Assembly (NCBI GenBank): GCA_964619725.1
Contig: CAZUFC010000013.1
Coordinates: 32,001 to 96,000, forward strand
DNA: 64,000 bases
Source of the DNA: an uncultured bacterium
Lineage (GTDB): Bacteria; CSSED10-310; CAZUFC01
Reading direction: 5' to 3'
Shown: positions 57,544 to 64,000 of the stretch, piece after piece
Layout of the letters: the number at the start of each line of letters is the position of its first letter
Numbering within the stretch: the first letter of the stretch is position 1
Translations under genes and position numbers: made by a program
The notes under the pieces: generated by a model
What the model saw: only the letters and a program-made list of their open reading frames with translations
Database searches by the model: none
Told to the model about the DNA's origin: nothing

Positions 57544-58938
57544 ATGAGATTACCTAACGTGATAACCTTTTTAAAACATGGTAGACAGTCGGTCTTCAGC
57601 AATTTTAGAGAATTTTCTTTACTCCGTGGGTGGGGCGGAGCGCCGGCATACCGTTTTAAGGGGGGACAATCTTTACTTTTTTTGATCGTTTGCTGTTTTG
57701 CGGTAATTATGTTTTTCGTTGAGGCATCGTTCTGCAACGATCAGAGTATTGTTGGCGAATTACGGTGGGATGAGAGTTTGGGCTATTCATATGCACAGTT
57801 GATGGAAAGACCTGTTATTATGAAGAGCATAGAGTTGTCGGCTGCTTCTCCTGAAACGGGACGGATACAGCATCCGAAGTTTTCTCCTTCAGGACGGCAT
57901 ATAGCTTTTGAAATTGAAAGAGAGGAAACGATAGAGCTATGGATGTTAGACCTTAAAACGAAAAGTAAACAGAAAGTAGAGACGGAGAGCAGCGGATACT
58001 TCGATTCTAATGAAATAACGGGAGATATGGATTGGAGTCCGCTTATCATTAATGACAAGGAATGGTTCGTATTCGTTCACAAGGACAGATCGGAAAACGT
58101 GTTATTGCTCAATTACATAAAGGACGGCGTTATCGGTTCTTCTCATCAAAGATTAACTGGGATAGAAAACCGTTTTTTGCTCTCCTCTCCCCAATGGAGT
58201 TCGGATGCGGAATTTCTGATTTTCTATTCGACTCAATCCGGATTCGGGGATATTTTCATCATTCCGGATATAAAAAAGAATCTCTCAGGCGCCGGCGTAA
58301 ATTTTGTTGAGACGAAAAGATTGAGAGGTCAGAGCAGCGATCTGGAACCGGAATTATGGCCCTCCATCATCAAAGATGATACGGGAAACTATTTCGCGTT
58401 CTATTCCTCGCCAGGCGAAAATGATAATTATCAGATCAGGCAACTTTGGTTTTCAAGGAATAAAATACCCAAAAAACAGAAGGATTACCTTTTTTGGGGT
58501 GATCCGCTTTATGATGCCGTCAGGCCGTCTTATATCGATAAGCACAAGCTGGCTTTTTACAGAACAAGGAGAAGTTTAAGCCGGTCTACCCATACGACCA
58601 TATGCATTTTTGATCCTGATGAACGAAAACTGATTGAGATTGCTGAAAAAGAGGGAGTCGTTCCCAATAAAAGAAGGGGGCCGTTGGTTTTTGAAGGCGG
58701 TATGCTTTATACGGGAGCGAGTAAATTTGAAAACAATCCCATCGTGATGACGGATTTTAATGGAAATGAAATTTTTCGATATGATAAAACGGTTCATAAT
58801 TTTGACATTGACGTTTATCACGATGTGAAGGCTAATTGTTTTAAACTGACCTACACAGCAGTAAAAAATGGAAAATCCTGTCTTTTCCTGGCCTTTCTCA
58901 ATATAAACGACAGGATGGGAATATCCGGGAAGCCTTGA
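57544..58938 (+). CDS. TolB-like beta-propeller protein
   Basis: P.FSPSG..IAF, WSP and PQWSSD...LIF.S repeats after a TM/signal segment. Confidence 0.65.
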   Translation: MRLPNVITFLKHGRQSVFSNFREFSLLRGWGGAPAYRFKGGQSLLFLIVCCFAVIMFFVEASFCNDQSIVGELRWDESLGYSYAQLMERPVIMKSIELSAASPETGRIQHPKFSPSGRHIAFEIEREETIELWMLDLKTKSKQKVETESSGYFDSNEITGDMDWSPLIINDKEWFVFVHKDRSENVLLLNYIKDGVIGSSHQRLTGIENRFLLSSPQWSSDAEFLIFYSTQSGFGDIFIIPDIKKNLSGAGVNFVETKRLRGQSSDLEPELWPSIIKDDTGNYFAFYSSPGENDNYQIRQLWFSRNKIPKKQKDYLFWGDPLYDAVRPSYIDKHKLAFYRTRRSLSRSTHTTICIFDPDERKLIEIAEKEGVVPNKRRGPLVFEGGMLYTGASKFENNPIVMTDFNGNEIFRYDKTVHNFDIDVYHDVKANCFKLTYTAVKNGKSCLFLAFLNINDRMGISGKP

Positions 58939-58939
58939 A

Positions 58940-60391
58940 ATGGAAAAAATTTTCACTAGCCTTTTGACCGTTGCGGCTCTCTTTAGTTTCTTGATCATTG
59001 ATCAGGAATTTTACGATCCGAAAAGTCCTGTCGATAAAATGATTTACGACAATAATTACGAAGAGGCGTTGACGGAATTGAATAATGATGGACTCGAACA
59101 ATGGATTCTTAAGGGCAAAGCCTTATATGAACTTGGTCTTATTTATGAAAGAATTTTCCGCTTGACGGTCAATGAACAACTGCAGGCTTACGAAATTTCA
59201 CTCAGAGAAAATCACGATTTTTACCTTAATTTTTTCTATGCCAGATGCCTTTTCCTGAATGGAAAATATGAAAAATCTGCAGCTCTTTTCGATAAGCTGG
59301 TTGCCGCTCCTGAATCATCAGATGATCCTGAAATCAAAAAATTGCTGCTGGTCTGGCGCTCCGCTTCCTCAATATTGCGTGATTCCTCCGCTCAAAACGA
59401 AAATTTCAGAAAAGAACGCCTGCTGTTGAAAGAAATAAAAAAAGAATTTATTGAAACGGATAACATCATGTGCGAAGAAAAAAGCTTCCGTTCATCTCTT
59501 CTTCGAAGCTTTGAAAAAAGAAACGTTTTCTGGTGCAATTCTAAGCAAAGGAGTTACGACAAGTATCCGCTCGCCTCTGAAGAAAACATCACGCCATGGA
59601 AACCTGTTTTCGAAATAGAATCCGTTCGATATTTCGACCCGCTTTCTCTTTACGCATCATCTGTGAATTATTTCCGGTCAGCAGCAATAAATTTTCAACG
59701 AGCTGCAGATGCTTGCGCCAATCACACCTGCTCTGAAAAATTCCTGCCGGTCCTGAAGGAAAGAACAGCTTTAAGTTATTTCAAATCCAGGGATTATTCG
59801 AAAGCTGAAGCGTATCTAATTGGCTCCGGTTCTGTCCGTTCGCGCATCATAAAAGAATGGATTGAAGTAACTAAAAAAGAACACGTGGATGAAACTGCTG
59901 TAAGAAAAATTATAAAATCCGTTATGGAGAACGACGTTCCCCTTGCAGACTGGAAGCTTCTGCTCGAATTCGTTCATTCCGTTTCATTCGATAAGATTTC
60001 GCTTGGTGAATTGTCGGAGAAATTTGAGGAGATGATCAAAAAATCAGACCTGCAGCATCAATTACCGAAAAGATTTCAACATGAAATGGCCGATTATCTT
60101 ATGCTGCTTTATAAAAATGAAAATACGGATGACTTGTTGAGAAACCTGAAGAAATATAATCCGGAATTCTCCGGAGATATCTGGAAAAATAATGACCCTT
60201 TATTCCTCATTACCTGGTCCTCGCTTATTGCTCTTTCTGATCTTTCGAGCGACTACACCCTGAAACAGGGAAATTTGATGAGCGTAAAATCAAAAATGCC
60301 GGCTTTAATTCCTATGATTGAAGCTTTTCAGGTCATACTGGAGAACAAATTCAAAGGCGCCGCGCAAAAACCGCGGTACGATTCAAATTAA
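58940..60391 (+). CDS. Exported TPR-like helical protein
   Basis: N-terminal hydrophobic segment; KGKALYELG, YARCLFLNGKYEKS and YFKSRDYSKA TPR-like units. Confidence 0.55.
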   Translation: MEKIFTSLLTVAALFSFLIIDQEFYDPKSPVDKMIYDNNYEEALTELNNDGLEQWILKGKALYELGLIYERIFRLTVNEQLQAYEISLRENHDFYLNFFYARCLFLNGKYEKSAALFDKLVAAPESSDDPEIKKLLLVWRSASSILRDSSAQNENFRKERLLLKEIKKEFIETDNIMCEEKSFRSSLLRSFEKRNVFWCNSKQRSYDKYPLASEENITPWKPVFEIESVRYFDPLSLYASSVNYFRSAAINFQRAADACANHTCSEKFLPVLKERTALSYFKSRDYSKAEAYLIGSGSVRSRIIKEWIEVTKKEHVDETAVRKIIKSVMENDVPLADWKLLLEFVHSVSFDKISLGELSEKFEEMIKKSDLQHQLPKRFQHEMADYLMLLYKNENTDDLLRNLKKYNPEFSGDIWKNNDPLFLITWSSLIALSDLSSDYTLKQGNLMSVKSKMPALIPMIEAFQVILENKFKGAAQKPRYDSN

Positions 60392-62047
60392 TTGAGTTCA
60401 ACTAACAGACGATTTGTCATGACATCAAAAAAACAACGGCATAAATTCACTATTCATAAATCTTTCAAATCAAACCGCCTGTCATGTCTGCTGATCCGGC
60501 TTCTTGTTTCCATCTTGTTTCTTCTGAAATTCAATCTGGTTTACGGTTCTCCCGCACCAGAGGATAAATCAACGTTAATGCTGGAATTGCAGAATGACAT
60601 TTCAAAACGGAAGGCCCATGAAAATCTAATAATGAATCCGTCAGCAGAGGATCAGGAGGGACTCTTCAAATTTTATTTTGTTTTATTCATGGATAACGTC
60701 AGTTCTGAAAATGAAAATACTGCCCGTCATTATTTGGCTGAGTTTTACGAAGCGATAAATTGCGATCGGAATGCCATGGAGCATTGGAAAGCAATCTTAA
60801 GGTCTGACCCTCACGATGCTGCAGCGCAGCTCAGTTTATTCGATTTATATCTTTCACAGAAGAAGTTCAGCGGCGCATTGGAGGTTTTTTGCGCGGGAGC
60901 GGAAGGGTGCGCATTGGATAAGGCTGGAATGAATGAATACTTCATCCGGCTTCAGCGGTTGTTCGAAACCTTTTTAAAAAGGAAAGATAAATCGGACAAC
61001 GATTCTGAGAAGAAAAAAATGGAGAACATTCTAACCGGATTATGGCTTTATTCCAGATGGAATAACAGGGAAGAGGCGGAATTATTACTGAGAAAAAGTC
61101 GGACAGTTTTCGAACGGGCAGCCTATAAAAGATTAAAAACGAAATACAGGGATATTGAAAAACACAAGAATTTTCAATTATCAAGTAAAGGGAGTGCGGA
61201 ACGATTAAGGCTTGAGGACCTCACGGATGTGAAGTCGCTTGATTTTTCACGCTGTCGCCGGAGTGAAACGCTGGATGATGAAATTAATATTTTTGAAAGA
61301 ATCAGGCAATGGACGCCGAAGGAGATTCCTGTATTGAATAATCTTGCGGTTTTATATTTCAAAAACGGGGAATGTCGAAAATCACTGGATTCGTTGATCG
61401 AAATCGTGAATTTAAGTCCTTTTTATAAAATCGGATGGGACAATTTGATCCTGGAAATAACGGCTCTTCAAACGAATAATGACCTTAAGGATTTTTACAG
61501 ATGGAAAAAAATGGAGCTTCAATTAATGGAAAAGAAGGCCGAAAGCGATTTTACATTATCATCAGCCGTGCAATTTGAAAAAGAATATCTGGAATCATCC
61601 GCTCCGGAGTTGCAAAAAACGCGCAAACAAAAACCAGATAACTATTTGGAAAGTTCTAACGCATTGGAATGGTTTACAGGAAGACCAGCTTACGCCAAAA
61701 AAGGCTCGTCATTGAAGAAATCGCCCTCACCATCAGCAGCCACGGTTTACCTGGTAAGGACTGACGAGCGTGTTGAAGTATTGGATATTCATAGGAACTG
61801 GTGCAATGTTGAGTTTAATAAAGGAAACGGCCGGACAGGCTGGCTGCATTTCGACGATCTGTTGATTTCCGCTGTCGTTAAATATGATAACGTCATCGTT
61901 GAATTTCCTCGATTAACCAGCAAGAAAGCAGGCCGACTGAAAGAAGGACATCATGTACGATTGCTCGAAAGGGTCGATGAATGGATCAGAATATCCGTTC
62001 TCGAGACGGGAGAAAAAGGCTGGGTTAAAATTACAGGCTTGAAATAA
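60392..62047 (+). CDS. TPR protein with two C-terminal bacterial SH3-like domains
   Basis: LNNLAVLYFKNG TPR; V.VL....NW..V......GW and V.LL....EW..I.....KGWV SH3b-like units. Confidence 0.65.
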   Translation: MSSTNRRFVMTSKKQRHKFTIHKSFKSNRLSCLLIRLLVSILFLLKFNLVYGSPAPEDKSTLMLELQNDISKRKAHENLIMNPSAEDQEGLFKFYFVLFMDNVSSENENTARHYLAEFYEAINCDRNAMEHWKAILRSDPHDAAAQLSLFDLYLSQKKFSGALEVFCAGAEGCALDKAGMNEYFIRLQRLFETFLKRKDKSDNDSEKKKMENILTGLWLYSRWNNREEAELLLRKSRTVFERAAYKRLKTKYRDIEKHKNFQLSSKGSAERLRLEDLTDVKSLDFSRCRRSETLDDEINIFERIRQWTPKEIPVLNNLAVLYFKNGECRKSLDSLIEIVNLSPFYKIGWDNLILEITALQTNNDLKDFYRWKKMELQLMEKKAESDFTLSSAVQFEKEYLESSAPELQKTRKQKPDNYLESSNALEWFTGRPAYAKKGSSLKKSPSPSAATVYLVRTDERVEVLDIHRNWCNVEFNKGNGRTGWLHFDDLLISAVVKYDNVIVEFPRLTSKKAGRLKEGHHVRLLERVDEWIRISVLETGEKGWVKITGLK

Positions 62048-62099
62048 AAAAGAGCAGAAAGCTTGATTTGGAATTATTTTGAAAGTAACGGAGGAAACA

Positions 62100-63704
62100 A
62101 TGAGAAGTAATTATAGTAAGGGTTTTTCGGTTCTGATGGGCCTGCTCTTGTCCGTTTTGTTTTTTTCTGCTGAAGCGCCGGCAGATGAGATAATTTACGG
62201 AACCATTAAAGAAGTTGATTGTCTTAATCCTCTAATCAGCAACCTTCGTTCGACGAGAGAAATTACTGATCTTATTTTTCAGCCCCTGGTCAAATATAAT
62301 GATGCTGAGGAATTTTACTGGGAAATCGATATTGACGAAAGTCCGATGTTGCGGGAACCTCCGGAAGTATTGGGAGGCGGATCAAGAATAGACGTCAAAT
62401 TGCGCAAGAACCTGACCTGGCATGACGGCGAAAACATAACCGCTGACGACCTTCTGTTCACCATTAACTTGACAAGGAATTCAAAAAGCGATCCCTCAGT
62501 AAGGAATCGATATGAATGGATCGATTACATTCAAAAAATCGACGATTGCGAAGCTCGAATATATCTTAAAAATATCGTGTACAATCCCGTATCGCTTTTG
62601 ACCGAATTCGTAGTTTTTCCGAAACATATATTTGAAAAAAAGGGGTATGATTATTTGACTGAAGAAGATAATTTCGTTTGGAATCCGGTAGGAAACGGGA
62701 TGTATTATCTCCAGGAAAGAGATGAATCGGGAAAGATATTTTTGAATGCATTCGAGGATTATCTGCCGGAAAAAGCGAACGTGGACGCCCTGATCCGGCA
62801 GAAATTTTCGCAGGCCGATATCATGGTTCAGGAATTTTTTGCCGGCAAAATAGACCTTATCACCGAAACACCCATGAATTACGTCAAAGAATTCAAAGAA
62901 ATGAAAATGAGGAATCCGATTCAGTTGCAGTATTACAGCCCTTTATCGATACAGGTCATTGCTTTCAATTGTTCGAATGAATTTTTGAAAGAGGTTAGAA
63001 TAAGAAGAGCGTTGACGATGGCGGTCGACCGTGAACACATACTGAAAACCTGGTTCAATAATGAGGGTTCCGTCATTTCAGGTCCTTATGCAGTGAATGC
63101 GTGGTGCGTTAATCCTCATGTTCCGCCTTTAAGGTTCGACTTGCCGGAATCAAAGAAGATTCTGGATGATTTTACGGACAAAATTAAAAATGGCATCAGG
63201 GTCGGAACGAACGGCGAAAAAATGATTTTCGATTTTCTCATTTCTGACGAGAATGAAGCGGATTCTCCAGAACGTATTGCCTGTACGGTCATTCAGCAGA
63301 CGTTCGAGAAGGAGCTGGGCATCAAGTTAAATACGAAAATACTGAAGAAAAACGTCTGGGAGAAGAAGGTTTTTGAGGAAAGGGATTACGATCTGGCGTT
63401 TCTGGGATGGTATTTCCCTTACGGTTACGACGTTTCGCCGATTTTTGAAACCGCAGGCGTGCAGAATTTCATGGGATATTCCAATGACCAGGTTGACAGA
63501 TACTGTTCCATAGCAAAACTGGCGGAAGACAGGGCCACGGTAAGAAAAGCCAACTGGAAGATACACGAAATACTCCAGGCCGATGCTCCCTGCCTTTTCC
63601 TGTGGAGCCTCAAAAGACAAGCCGCCTACTGGGCAAAAATCTATAATCTGAAAATCCACCCGTTTTCCTTTTTCTGGTGGATCGACAAATGGGAGCTGGA
63701 ATAG
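62100..63704 (+). CDS. ABC transporter substrate-binding protein, family 5 (peptide/nickel)
   Basis: LNP, LR....WHDG..ITADD..FT, PVG.G.Y, VR.RRAL..A.DR. GGAGGA SD before ATG 62100. Confidence 0.9.
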   Translation: MRSNYSKGFSVLMGLLLSVLFFSAEAPADEIIYGTIKEVDCLNPLISNLRSTREITDLIFQPLVKYNDAEEFYWEIDIDESPMLREPPEVLGGGSRIDVKLRKNLTWHDGENITADDLLFTINLTRNSKSDPSVRNRYEWIDYIQKIDDCEARIYLKNIVYNPVSLLTEFVVFPKHIFEKKGYDYLTEEDNFVWNPVGNGMYYLQERDESGKIFLNAFEDYLPEKANVDALIRQKFSQADIMVQEFFAGKIDLITETPMNYVKEFKEMKMRNPIQLQYYSPLSIQVIAFNCSNEFLKEVRIRRALTMAVDREHILKTWFNNEGSVISGPYAVNAWCVNPHVPPLRFDLPESKKILDDFTDKIKNGIRVGTNGEKMIFDFLISDENEADSPERIACTVIQQTFEKELGIKLNTKILKKNVWEKKVFEERDYDLAFLGWYFPYGYDVSPIFETAGVQNFMGYSNDQVDRYCSIAKLAEDRATVRKANWKIHEILQADAPCLFLWSLKRQAAYWAKIYNLKIHPFSFFWWIDKWELE

Positions 63705-63740
63705 CTCTGGTCGCTTATGCGTTATAGTCTTTCATTAAAA

Positions 63741-64000
63741 ATGGTTGGATATGTGATCGCTTTGAGCTTGCGGTATTTATTGTTTTCAGCGCTGCTGCTT
63801 TTAGTTTTGACTTTTATTATTTTCTGGTCGAGTCGTCCTATCATGACCGGAGAGACCCCTTTCGATAAATTCATACAGCGTTTGCCTTCAAGACAGAGAT
63901 ATATATTGAGGCAAAATTTGTTTGACGACCAAAAGGAATCATTGAAAAATTCAACGGAGCATTATTATGAAAAAGAATATCAGGAAATCCTGGAAAGCTT
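63741..64000 (+). CDS. 3'-truncated ORF, probable ABC transporter permease
   Basis: ATG 63741, frame open to the window end (MVGYVIALSLRYLLFSALLLLVLTFIIFW...), directly after the binding-protein gene. Confidence 0.55.
   Translation, partial: MVGYVIALSLRYLLFSALLLLVLTFIIFWSSRPIMTGETPFDKFIQRLPSRQRYILRQNLFDDQKESLKNSTEHYYEKEYQEILES

Noticed and set aside
1-64000. CRISPR arrays, transposases, integrases, prophage genes, rRNA
   Set aside because: I saw no regularly spaced repeats or diagnostic motifs on either strand.

Overview
This is a gene-dense chromosomal window from a bacterium that probably has an outer membrane and is probably anaerobic (it encodes an outer-membrane beta-barrel and a tetraheme cytochrome c3). 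I found no CRISPR array, prophage or transposase. Housekeeping content: rpsU-mutS2-dnaG-tRNA-Ile(CAT)-zinc-ribbon gene-rnpB; rplU-rpmA-obgE-nadD-rsfS; ligA; ybaB-recR; udk; and an F0-only atpZ-atpI-atpB-atpE block. Between these lie many uncharacterised envelope genes: a DUF6754-type membrane cluster, a flippase-like/sulfatase-like/AlkP trio, a PAP2 + Thr/Pro-rich + GT-C trio, and a lipoprotein/TPR/propeller/SH3/ABC-transporter operon. The most striking item is an intact, full-length methionyl-tRNA synthetase paralog that has lost its HIGH, KMSKS, Met-pocket and anticodon residues but keeps its zinc knuckles and C-terminal tRNA-binding/dimerisation domain. Other highlights: a degenerate sigma-54 activator coupled to rsfS (which probably starts at AUU); a secreted LIM-like zinc-finger/DA1-type metallopeptidase; a flavoprotein/cytochrome c3 pair; an atpZ with no in-frame start codon; a c-subunit with no glycine zipper; and a dispersed intergenic 12-mer. 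All family assignments come from recognising motifs by eye. No database search was run.
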